Shown here: positions 34,921-45,692 of the stretch, piece after piece
How positions within the stretch are numbered: position 1 is the stretch's first letter
How the letters are laid out: each line of letters opens with the position of its first letter
From: Setoptus koraiensis
Taxonomy: Eukaryota; Animalia; Arthropoda
Reading direction: 5' to 3'
Length of the DNA stretch: 64,000 nt
NCBI GenBank assembly: GCA_048013815.1
Contig: CM106585.1
Span: forward strand, 124,001 to 188,000
Made by a program: the position numbers and the translations under genes
Notes under the pieces: generated by a model
What the model was told of the DNA's origin: nothing
Database searches by the model: none
The model's input: only the letters and a program-made list of their open reading frames with translations

Positions 34921-37437
34921 TTATTGTGCTGTTGGCAGTGTTAGAGGCTCCAATCTATTGTTAGCTATCTTGTCTAAGTACTGAAACTTATTCTCCGAAA
35001 CCTCGAACCTCTTCTGACACTCCCTTGCCCTAACCAAGTCTTTGAGAGCCAATAAGTTGATGATTGTATGGCTGAGAGATAGATTTAACCACTTATTAGA
35101 ACTAAATTTAGAACATTCCGATCGAGAATTTAGTCTAACAAGATCCGGACAAAGTTGGGCTATATCTAACGGCGGAGGTGATATTCCCTTCAACTCTAGC
35201 TGATATTTGAACAATTTAAGTTTTTGTTCGGTTTGTTGCGCGGCGAATTCATTCTTTGTCTTGCGGTAACTTTTGAAGGCGGAGTCCAATTGGTTAATAC
35301 AACATAATTCGTTATTCGATGAGCCCTCCCTTCTAAAACTAATCAAATAACTTCTGGACTCCTGCTCGTAATCCTTGCAATTGTAGGATATCATGATAAG
35401 TTTCTGAATATCTGTTTGCGATAGATATGTTTGATACATTGGGAAGGCGTAAGAATGTTTTCGAAGTGTAGTAACGAATCTATTTTCATCAGGTATGGAC
35501 ATCCGTAGTCTGAATATGGCTAAAAATATAAGGTTGCAATCGTAACTGTCCAAGGCACTAGTAAATACTTGGTCGAATTGCTTCAGATCCAATAACAAAG
35601 GTACTTTCTTAGAGGAATCTGGCTCACTACATAACAATTTGATAGCCAGCTGCACTCTACCACAATCGATGGCTTGCTTGGCCACATCAGCATATGAGAT
35701 GAGCGGAAAAGATGCCAATTTACTTCGAATCTCTTTGGTGATATTGTCGTCATCCAAGTGAGCCTTCCTCACTAGATTGTAGGCCCATTGAGCTATGATA
35801 AGTGTCTCTCCGTTTGCTCTTGGCATTTTGAGCCATTCTGCTATCCACAGTGCATATGAATAAAGGCCTCTTTGGATGATATGATTCAAAACTGTATTAA
35901 TAGTCAGGTATTCATATTGACAATAAGTCATTGGAATAGCAATTGGATCCTTGCGAATAAGGTTGAGCACTCTCAACTTGGTCCACATTGTCTGATATTC
36001 AGTGATTGCAATACCAGGATCAAATCTTTTTCCAAAGCAAGCCGCTTCGATGAGTAACTTTTGCTCGGCCACTTGATATTCACTTCCGGCAGCCTCTATA
36101 CACGATAATACTGCAAGGTGCATTTCGTCACGCTCTCCAATGCTTTGTATGTTGAGATAGGCTTGAAGATTGCCTCGTTTGTATAATTTATAGGCTTCGA
36201 CTAGTAGAGCTGCTGATGAGATTGTACCAACCCTAAATATTTCCACGCTCACCGGCGACACTTGACGCAATATTTCATGGTACTGATTGCTGATTAATCT
36301 GATGCAATCCAATTCTCCGATCAGATGAGTAGGCGAATCAACAGCGTGGAGTATATAGTCTTTATCCAGTCCCACCATCAATAGTTTATTCTTCCAAAGG
36401 GCGCATACGGCCTCAGTTGCGCACCATAACATTTCTATTGGAGGCTTTTTACTTTTGGTGTCAAACTCACTCAAAGTTAATACGGCGTAACCGACAGAAT
36501 CTTCAGCACAGATTGATATGAAAAATATGTGACCGGTGTTCATGAAAAGTGCCAGACGACTAGAGTCAAAGGAAACGGCGATGCGGTGAATTAGCGAAGA
36601 GGATGTGATTGAAGGCATGTGTAGTAATTGACAGGTGGAATGCCCACTTCCCTCTAAAAGATACAAATTGGATCCATTGGAAACCACAAGGCTCAGGTTA
36701 TAATCGCCTCTTTGAACCAAACCCTTATCTAAGTTTTGTTGGTTCAGTGCCTTTGTCATAACGGCCCAACACATGTTGCTCACATTAAGCGAGGGTATAT
36801 CTGGTAACTTTGTGACACCCACTGTTTGACTAGCATCATGTTTGAAACTTTCTTGATTTGTGGATACTCTACCACTTACGAAAAATTTACAAACTGAATT
36901 GGCTTTTTGAGTAATGAAAGCTAATGACGTATAGGTATCGTTGGGAGTGACACATCGACAATCAACAATTGGTCCAGTCTCTGCAACTTTCAAGTCCAGG
37001 TGTTGCTCGATTTGCAAAACTCCTTGAATATCATAAATATATATATCACCACTACTGTTGACAATCATTAACTGTTGATCATGAGTCCATTCAATGGATA
37101 CAACATCGATGGCTTTGGATTTTCCCACTGATATCCTGTTACCCGAACATGTATAGGTCAATATAGTTGGTCTGGAGGGAAAATTTGGCACGTGCTTGCC
37201 ATTCTGGTCGGTGTAAAAAGCGGCTTTGCCGATGACGGATAGTTGAGTGCCCATGGTCGCTTGACGTTGCCTTATTATGTTATCATCGAGGGGCACAATT
37301 GCAATCGGTCCCCCAAATCTGCACGCCACTATATGGCATTTGTTCAGATCGATCTCGGAATTCCATTGCATTTGATAAAGTTCCGACTTCCTGTAGAATA
37401 AATCTCCCAAAGGACTCCAGTCGCCATTGACCTGCAT
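34921..37437 (-). CDS. VPS16: Vacuolar protein sorting 16 (HOPS/CORVET subunit), intronless
   Basis: 838-aa ORF. N-terminus WSPLGDLFYRKSELYQMQW..IVACRFGGPIA, plus CIEAAGSEY..QKLLIEAACFGK and ISYADVAKQAIDCGRVQLAIKLL. Confidence 0.9.
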   Translation of the reverse strand: MQVNGDWSPLGDLFYRKSELYQMQWNSEIDLNKCHIVACRFGGPIAIVPLDDNIIRQRQATMGTQLSVIGKAAFYTDQNGKHVPNFPSRPTILTYTCSGNRISVGKSKAIDVVSIEWTHDQQLMIVNSSGDIYIYDIQGVLQIEQHLDLKVAETGPIVDCRCVTPNDTYTSLAFITQKANSVCKFFVSGRVSTNQESFKHDASQTVGVTKLPDIPSLNVSNMCWAVMTKALNQQNLDKGLVQRGDYNLSLVVSNGSNLYLLEGSGHSTCQLLHMPSITSSSLIHRIAVSFDSSRLALFMNTGHIFFISICAEDSVGYAVLTLSEFDTKSKKPPIEMLWCATEAVCALWKNKLLMVGLDKDYILHAVDSPTHLIGELDCIRLISNQYHEILRQVSPVSVEIFRVGTISSAALLVEAYKLYKRGNLQAYLNIQSIGERDEMHLAVLSCIEAAGSEYQVAEQKLLIEAACFGKRFDPGIAITEYQTMWTKLRVLNLIRKDPIAIPMTYCQYEYLTINTVLNHIIQRGLYSYALWIAEWLKMPRANGETLIIAQWAYNLVRKAHLDDDNITKEIRSKLASFPLISYADVAKQAIDCGRVQLAIKLLCSEPDSSKKVPLLLDLKQFDQVFTSALDSYDCNLIFLAIFRLRMSIPDENRFVTTLRKHSYAFPMYQTYLSQTDIQKLIMISYNCKDYEQESRSYLISFRREGSSNNELCCINQLDSAFKSYRKTKNEFAAQQTEQKLKLFKYQLELKGISPPPLDIAQLCPDLVRLNSRSECSKFSSNKWLNLSLSHTIINLLALKDLVRARECQKRFEVSENKFQYLDKIANNRLEPLTLPTAQ

Positions 37438-38086
37438 CTTGGTTTAGTTCTAATCAAAACAAAATTATGTTGATCACAGTTGTGTCGTCACATTTATTCG
37501 TATTCCAGATTGTTTCTGTTTAGAGACAACAACTGATAATGACATAGTTAGAATAAGTATTTGCCGTAAATTAATATCTTTGATGCCTATGATGATACAG
37601 CATGCATGTGGTGGTACAGTGTAAGATTACCTCGGTTGGATTTGCGATTAGTAAACCACCAGATTGAACCCAGATAGTTTGATGAATGAACACAACACTG
37701 ACAAAGATCCTCGAAGGAACCATCAGCTGACTGAATGCGAGGTCTTGTGCTAAAATGAAAAGATGCGATGAAAGTTCCTGTATCTAACTTAGTTCAATTT
37801 GTCCCAGTAGGAAGCGCTCGAAACGCTTTTGAATGCAGTATAATGCAAGCGATACTAGAAAACTAGTTCATGTGAAATATACTCTCAAAGCTTGGCACCC
37901 TGCCCTCTTGCAGCATTATTCTGACTCAACGCTGAACACTTTCATCCTAAAATCTGTTCATAAAATTGAAAAATAAATTATTTTTGTTTCATTATCGGCA
38001 TCATTGAGCCAGGGTACAGTACAATACAACACCGATCACTCTAGTTATATAATTTTTTCGACACTTCAGGTACTCGTACCATAATT

Positions 38087-38455
38087 ATGACGGAAACAGA
38101 AACCGCTGAACCAGAGCAAGAGGGAAAAAAAGGGAGAAAGTACTTCTATAGCGAAGAGCAACGAGTTCAAATATTTGCTTACGTCCAGTCAGCACTCGAC
38201 ATTGAAAAAATCCGTAGAAAGGATTGGGCACCTCATTTGAGGGAGAAAATTACAGTTACTAGAGCCATCACTCGGGTGGTGCAACTACGTTTTCAAGAGA
38301 AATACAACTCTAAACCGCCTCACCATAACAATATAGTCAGAATTTACAAGAAAATGATCTCTGGCTACGGTGTCAAAGATAGAGCTAGAAGTGGTCGACC
38401 CAGGAAACACCCTCGACCAGAAGGAGAAAGCTCTCAGAAGGAGAAGAAAAAGTGA
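38087..38455 (+). CDS. Small Tc1/mariner-like helix-turn-helix protein (DUF4817-like), no DDE domain
   Basis: YSEEQRVQIF..QLRFQEKYNSKPPHHNNIVRIYKKMISGYGVKDRARSGRPRK resembles transposase N-terminal HTH domains ending in RSGRPR. A splice acceptor (cttcag, ending 38069) lies upstream of the ATG. Confidence 0.65.
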   Translation: MTETETAEPEQEGKKGRKYFYSEEQRVQIFAYVQSALDIEKIRRKDWAPHLREKITVTRAITRVVQLRFQEKYNSKPPHHNNIVRIYKKMISGYGVKDRARSGRPRKHPRPEGESSQKEKKK

Positions 38456-38673
38456 GATTCTTCTGGACAAATTTGAAATATAGATACCAAACTCGACTAG
38501 TAAAGGTATTTCCCTCCGTCTCAGTAACTCTTCTCGCCGAAGATTTGAAAACGTTTGACCAAAACTAATTTGATTATTTGTGTAAATACGTTTTAGATCG
38601 GGGATGTTGAAAGAATTCATACTATCATGTGAAAGAATATTAATAGTTTGAAGTTGACTAAGTGGGTAACAAA

Positions 38674-40291
38674 CTAATTTATTCCTCCCATTATGTTGAC
38701 GGGTCTATCGCGGTACAGTTTTGATATTGAATTTTCGACCTATTCGTGGAAATAACAATTATACAACAAGGAGCTCGTCGATAAGTCATGAAGATATTGT
38801 AAAAGAAGTAAGGTAAAAATAGTTTGTTGAATCAATACTTACCTGTCTCTGAATTTCTCTAGCTTTTTCAATATTCTGTTTCAATTGTATCTCTAATTCT
38901 TTCATCTGTAGTTTGCAGACCTCAATTCTTTCATCACAAATTTGCGCTTTTTGCAAGCTCTTCTCCGCCTGATTTCGTTTGTTCGTTAATCGCTCTAGAA
39001 CCCTTCCAACATAGTTGTCAGAATCTCTCATTTGGAATAGAGTCTTGTTCTTTTCCTCATTCATTATGCTGATAATATCTTGGACTTTGGATAAGATTTC
39101 TTTAATTTCACTCTGATCATATTGTGGTCCCCTGGTAGAAGCATCTGCTGAGAAGTTAGCCGTCTGATTATTTGTTTTTGTCTCGCTAGCTCTTTGAATG
39201 AAGAATGCCTCTAGTTCATACAGATCATTCAAATACTGATTACACGTGTCTTTGGAATCTAAAATCATACGAGCGTCATTACCACGGGCCACCTTATCAA
39301 TAGGCATAACGTTTTCATTTGTTGGCTTGGTTTCAGACGATTGTATCATGATTGTCTGACTGGACGTATCTAATCCAAAGTCGATTTCATCATCTTCTTC
39401 ATTGCTTTGGTTAGCTGCTACTTCACTTTCTACGTGAACAAATCCGTTGGAAGATTCACTACTGGCTAAATCCTCGCCAAAATCAATATCATCATCCGCT
39501 TGATTGCTATCTGCCCGACTTGACGTGGATTTGTCCTCTGCAACGGGAGCCTCGATACTTAGTGGCGCTTGTCCGAACTTGTATTCAAATAATGTAGTGT
39601 TTCCTTTGTTTATAATATAATTCAACATTTCTACAAATTTAGATTCTTTTTTGGAAGTTAATTTGGCAAAAGTGATATAATATTCAACGGCCGGCTTTAG
39701 ACTAGTTGTCCTCTCTACCAGATCCTTCAATAGATCTGGTAGCACCTTCAGTTGGTCTTGCAGCTCGCGGCTTATATCGAGCCCTTTAATTCCGTATGAT
39801 TGGGCTATTTTCGCGAATTCGTTATTGAAATTCTGAGATTGCTTCTGAAGAGTGGCTTTCTCTCTTTCGGCCTCCTCTTGGTCCTTTCTTAGTTTGGCTA
39901 AATTCTTTCTCAGATTTGGTATTTCGTAAGACACTTCTCTGATCAGATTTGTCGACCACTCTGCGAGAAACACGCAATCCCTCTCATAGAGATTCACAAT
40001 CTCTTGCCAATCTTTCATTCGTTGTGATGAATAATAGCCAAATATGTTCTTGGTGCTAGCCTCCGTAGTTCTTAGTATATCAATTATGCTCTTACAACGT
40101 GGATAATCTATTCTGGCACCAGTGAGAAGAGTCTTGATCTCCTCGTTGGGTGGCATGTCAATTATGGCATTGCGAATTCTTTTCCTGATGACACTTAATT
40201 GGTCACCCCAATCTCGTTTGCAATGTCGACGTTGGACGAGCCAGTCCACAAGCTTGCCACAATGTATATCTACCGGTACAGTCGATTGCAT
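38674..40291 (-). CDS. CDK5RAP3: CDK5 regulatory subunit-associated protein 3 (C53/LZAP); exons 40291-38843 and 38739-38674
   Basis: MQSTVPVDIHCGKLVDWLVQRRHC..YSSQRMKDWQEIV..YE. A CAG|GTAAGT donor at 38842 and an acceptor at 38740 give the C-terminus VENSISKLYRDRPVNIMGGIN*. The start is set at the ATG that matches the family N-terminus; the ORF stays open to 40339. Confidence 0.9.
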
Positions 40292-41018
40292 CTCAATCTT
40301 TAAAAATTGTGTTGGCTTATGCCCAGAACGCATGTACACGAGTCTTCCTAAATTGAATCAGATAAAATTCTTGTATCACTATTGATATTAATAAATGCAA
40401 GAATAACCCGCAAATAACAAACGGGAAATACAGTTCATTTTGATACGCACTATGTGTGCTCGATCCCGACATTTAGTAGCTTTATTTACAGTGGTGCTTG
40501 TGACGTCAACTTGCCTTAAATCTGGTACAGCGGAGCGACCTCTGATGTTGGGACGATAAAACTTTCATTGAGTTCCAAAATCTATTCATTCATTCAGTTC
40601 TATTATATTTATATGCTACGTTCCGAATAGAATTGCATTTTCAGTAAATGTTTTTTTTTACGGCGATCGATCAATTATTCCTTCCATCAATTGATTTTGA
40701 CACATTCTTTAGCTGTCAGTTATTGTTTGGCTAGTTTTCGTATCCTTTGCGTAAACCAATCTCTAAAGTAAAATCTAATATACATCATATCGAATGATAA
40801 TGACCTCATTGATATTACCTAGACCAGCAGTTATTCATACAAGTGGTGTTCAATCAATTACTTGTTAATTAAAACCGATGTACCTGTTGGCAATAGAAAG
40901 ACTATCGTTGAAAATTTCATATAGAATGAATCTAGACTTTGCGACAAACATTGAGACCTATATGTTCAAGAGAAGCTCTATCAGACGATGGAATCATCAA
41001 TCTCTAATGAGGTCGTAT

Positions 41019-41150
41019 TTAACCTGGCAAACTTTGGTGAAGGGATGAATGAGGTGGTAACAACAATAATGGATCCTTTGCAGCAGCATCGAGGATCTTC
41101 ACTTTTCGTAGCTCTGATTTATCAACTTTTTGTTTGAGTTGAGCAACTGT

Positions 41151-41218
<68 letters not shown>

Positions 41219-41430
41219 TGGCTCTTTTTTGGGCACTCGTTGTTGCGTCAGAAATTTATCTTCATCATAGTAAATGGTAACCGCGGCCCCCTTCTCCTCA
41301 TTGTCCACTTTGTTCTCTTTAGATTGGTCTTTTTTCCTGAGCAACGAGAACCTCTTGAAAGCATTGGGGAAAGAGGTCGTTTTCCTGGGGGCTTCTCGTA
41401 GATATATTCTATTTCCACGGGTTTTCCCAT
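41019..41430 (-). pseudogene. SF3B2: Decayed partial copy of splicing factor SF3B2 (SAP145/Cus1)
   Basis: Three collinear fragments in different frames: VEIEYIYEKP, FPNAFKRFSLLRKKDQSKENK and MTVAQLKQKVDKSE..DAAAKDPLLLL. They match the remembered SF3B2 order VEIEYVTEEP..FKRIFEAFKL..FTVAELKQLVARPD..DVTAQDPKLLV. A stop follows at 41019-41021. Confidence 0.7.
41153..41214. repeat. Compound microsatellite (TG)17(AG)14
   Basis: Read directly from the sequence. Confidence 0.97.
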
Positions 41431-41744
41431 ATTTTAATGCATCCGAGATGAAACAAAGTTGCAAAACAATGCACCTGTAATACACTGATATAATTCAGCA
41501 CTGCACAACTATAATTGAGTTGTGCCTGTGGCTTTTTTTGCAGACAGTGACACTAGATTTAGTTCGATGCTTCTGATAGAGGGCGCTGTTCGATGACAAA
41601 GATCGTTCATCTTCTTTCAAAGCGACTTCTGTAGGAAAGATTTAGAGCTGCGTTAAACAGCGCAAACAGCGTAGAACATTTCAGTGGACTGACCGTTTCC
41701 ACGCGGCCACCCTATATATACATGGATAGCAGATTGTACATTTG

Positions 41745-42074
41745 TACTATGTGAAGTTTTTCCAATGGCTCGTTACGTGGTTCAATACAAATCCGCTACG
41801 GGCGCTGGAATAGCTCAAAAATGCGCAGCCAAAGGCAGACTGTTTCGTTAAATATTTTCTTTTTTCGAATGATTTATACAACTTGCGTGTGCAGCGCATC
41901 GTAAGAGCGAGTCGAATACCCTAGTCTCAGCGCAAGGGGGCGCAATGACTACTTTCAGCATTTCGAATCACAACTTCGATTCACTCACAATGCTAAAGTT
42001 GTAAGCAAAGAGCGCCGCCCTGGCGGATTTGTATTGAACAACGTGCCAAGCCATTAGAAAAACGTCACACAATA
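41745..42074. repeat. Diverged 54-bp inverted repeat pair (41745-41798 and 42021-42074) with a 222-bp spacer
   Basis: The reverse complement of the left arm aligns ungapped to the right arm at 45 of 54 positions (counted by hand). Confidence 0.9.
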
Positions 42075-42359
42075 TATTGACTATACATAAAGGACACCCT
42101 TTACATGGAGAGAAGAGAAAAAATTCAAGATTCTTCACGGCAACAACAATTCCAGCTTGTCAAGGCGCGCACAACCAACACACACAAATACACATCCATA
42201 AGCACACACACACACCCTCGCATACAAACACACACACTCACACACACACCCGCACACACAGACACACACACACACAGACACACACACACTTCAATACACA
42301 GACTGTGTGGAGATTGTTGGATTGACGACGAAAGATTATCCATTCGCAGGTCATATTGA

Positions 42360-43180
42360 TGCAGCCTATAGAACTGCATCTTGTTATCGACATTATTATA
42401 TAATAACCTTTATTAATACTGTAACTATTACTATTATTACTGATATTCCTAATCTATACTATTATTATAACTATTATTAATATTATCACTATTATTATTA
42501 CTATTATTATTATCAATAGATTATTACTATGTATTATGATTAGCGCTGATATGATAATGATCATCATTTCATGCTAGCACAATCATAATCTTATAATGAA
42601 ATTTAATCCAAGATCATTTTGTCAGATTAATCTGCATATATATAAATACTATTATTATATAATTCATACATCATTATTATTTATATGATCATAGCATTTT
42701 ATTATTTATTACATCAAACAGATTATTATGCATAGAACATCTTGTCATATCACTAGTTAAAGTCGAACACATTGGCCAACTAATCATCACCACCAAAATC
42801 AATTCTGAATAAACTCAAAATCAAGCCATGTTGCTTTTAACAACATTTACAGGGTAGATGCATACTATTATTTGGATACTACTATTTGGATTTTATTATT
42901 AAAAAAGAATAAAGAAGAAATAGCCTCTGGATAAGACTATATTCCCAAAAAAAAAAATAAATTCATTTCTAACGATCTGATACGATCTAGAACGGCACAC
43001 ATATACATAAATTACTCAAGACGTACATAAAACTTTATGTATATTAATACTTAATAGGACAACAATAGAAAATTCTCTATTATTAATAATATAATTGGAT
43101 TTATATTTATTTCTATCTATACAGAACTAGATATTGAATCTACATCGTAAATTGTATCTATCTATAAAGAATTAATAATA
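42360..43180. other. Very AT-rich low-complexity (TAT/ATT) segment upstream of the Myb-like gene, probably leader intron or intergenic
   Basis: Runs of attatt/actatt and no ORF of 60 aa or more in the supplied track. Confidence 0.6.
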
Positions 43181-43184
43181 GAAG

Positions 43185-44701
43185 ATGACGAAACGTCAGA
43201 AAACTTCAACATCAGTCATAGACACTAGCAATGATAGCAACAGCCAAGATAAGACAAACAAAAAGGAAAGAGCCGATAATTGGGCTGTTGTTGAGGTGCA
43301 AACACTTCACAAAGGTATTGAGAATAGACGAGACACCTTCTATGGACCACCGGATCAAACAAGTAAAAAGAGTCGAGAAGAGGCATGGAAACAAATTACT
43401 CAAGAAATCAACGCAGTCAGCCAATGCACTCGTACAGTGGAACAAGTAATGAAAAAGTTCAAAAATGAAAAATGTCGAGCTAAGAGGAAATATACAGACG
43501 GTGAGCTATCTAAACCAAATTCTGTTATACTCATTGTATCAATCTGATTTAACTATGTGACATTTTACTGAATTATTTCTTCTATTCTATTTCTTTATTT
43601 TTTTCGTCATGACAACAGCCGAAAAGAACGCCCAAAATTCCACCCCGAACACTATTAATGGTGCCGGTTTATCTCAGCAGCAATTACAACATCATATGAC
43701 AACCACCAACACAACCACCATGCCTTCTCAATCATCCATAAACGTCGTCAAATTAACGCAGGCATCGCAAAATGTAGCCAAAACAATGATTGATATACCT
43801 GGTGGACATGTTCAACAAATTCAAATGCCAAATGATGATCAAAATCAGATAGTCATCATGGTGCCTGAAATGGATCAGATGCTTGGAGCAATCAATAATC
43901 AACAGCACAATCACCATGGTCAACACACACTACAAGCAATCAACAATGGTCAGGGTGTTGTCAATAGTGCTGTAGGAAATCACATGATGACCAGGGCTAT
44001 ACAATCCACTAACATGTGTTCAGTTGGTAAGTGAATTTAAATCATATCAAAAATCTATTAAATTGTTTCGATTGCCTAAACCCTTTCCATTTATCTACTT
44101 ATCAGTGTATTCAACAGGTGGAGACGTGTCTAATAACGAGCACCATATGGCCAACAATGTAGCATCAAACAACTCAAATAATCTAGCTATTGCCTCAAAC
44201 CAGATAAGTGTAAATACGCCTACAATCATGCATCACAGGAACTCTGTTGACCAAGGTACAAATAACCAAGTACAACAAGGAATGTCACAACATCATCATC
44301 AACTTCATCAGCAGCAGCAACAAAATCAGCAACATCAGCATGCTCAACAACAGCAACACCAACAGCAACAACAGCATCATCAGAATCATTCTGCCTCATT
44401 AACCGGTAGCAGTCCTCTGGATTCCCAAATCAAGAATCTCTTGGTGAACATATTGCTGAATCGGGACGACAACGGAGGTCAACAAACTAATTCAATGGTG
44501 ACCGGCATAGATTACAATAAACAACGTAATGAGTGGTTAGCCGTCATTGCAAATAATCTATCTAAGATCGAATCGCACATGAGCAAGATTGCCAAAGTTG
44601 CTACTTCAGTAATAACTCAACCAACTACGCCCAACAACAATAATAACAATAATCTAAATAGTAATGCCGATATCAATCCGGAGATAAATCGATCAAACTA
44701 G
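43185..44701 (+). CDS. Myb/SANT-like DNA-binding protein (Myb_DNA-bind_5/NAIF1-type) with Q/N/H-rich region; exons 43185-43500, 43619-44026, 44118-44701 (435 aa)
   Basis: RADNWAVVEVQTL..SREEAWKQITQEINAVSQCTRTVEQVMKKFKNEK. Two phase-1 GT-AG introns join three ORFs in frame. C-terminal amphipathic helix RNEWLAVIANNLSKIESHM. Confidence 0.8.
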
Positions 44702-45692
44702 TAACCCGTACGTCCAAAAATAAATGTTTGATAAACCAAGATTACAGCCAATCAATCTAATTTTAGTGTAAAGATAATAATCATCATTCGGAGAGACCAA
44801 TTGTGGTTATTGAGGCTGCTTCTCAATTTGATACTCAGATATCTGAGAGGTATGGCCGGGCCTATGCGTCCAGCCAAGAAATACAGTTCAGATATCAACA
44901 AATTGTAGGTCTTCAAGCCAGAATTTCGAAATGTTACAGAGGGTTAGATTGTCAGTTACTAATTGACTCTAAATACTAGTAAGATTCAAGAAGTCACACT
45001 TCCCAGAACCCAATTACTGTTTTCAATGAATCGGTCGACACATAGCATGGTGTTGATGCGTCACGCATTTTATGTATAAATCAAGCAGACACGATTCATT
45101 CATGTAGTAACTGGTCGATTTGGAAGTATAAAACTTGAAAAAATCCAATGAATAACTATTTATTTGCACTATTTTGTGGCGAATATGCAATTTTTGAATC
45201 CAAAATACTGGATCTGAAGATATCGACTTTTGAGTCAAAATTCTATGTACCTCACGAGTGTGTGTATCTTGAACGTTGTGGTTGATGTCTTTTCGGAATC
45301 TTCCTCCGTTATCTCCCGACCCAACATATTGTTATTTTTTGTTGGGTGTTTGAATATATATTCTGTAACTTCCATTTGAGCTCTCAGCGCAATCTTTCTT
45401 GACCTTATCTTGATATCTTATCATAGCTGATCATCGCAGTATATATTCTAGAGAAGATACAGTGTATATTATTTCACTTACCAAATTGTATTACCAGTTG
45501 TATTGTCTCACCATATAGTATTATTCAATGAAAAAGAAACTTCGAGTTGATTCGCCAGGTAGACTTTGAAACCTTGGAGATAAATCATTCTTCAAGATAA
45601 ATTTTTCAAATCTTGTTTTTCGTTTCACTAGATCAACATTAACTTGCAAATGAATAAACTTCTGTCTCCTATTATTCGTTATTTACGAGCAG

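Noticed and set aside
37679-37734. C/D box snoRNA (TGATGA..CTGA..CTGA, with AAGGAACCAT complementary to 18S rRNA)
   Set aside because: It is short, has no terminal stem, and the 10-nt complement is offset from the D box so the +5 rule fails.
38285-38620. Antisense ORFs over real genes (also 34069-34311, 47925-48191, 3345-3665)
   Set aside because: They are shadow frames of well-supported CDSs on the opposite strand.
38835-38845. ATACTTACCTG matching the U1 snRNA 5' end
   Set aside because: It is simply the reverse complement of the CDK5RAP3 splice donor; no U1 body follows.
40501-40508. Perfect CRE (TGACGTCA) upstream of CDK5RAP3
   Set aside because: About one such 8-mer is expected per window by chance, and another occurs near 57618.
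41310-41340. A_AAA_AAG slippery site as a programmed -1 frameshift in the SF3B2-like sequence
   Set aside because: Homology suggests the frame switch lies further upstream, the locus is otherwise decayed, and AAAG is a poor eukaryotic slippery motif.
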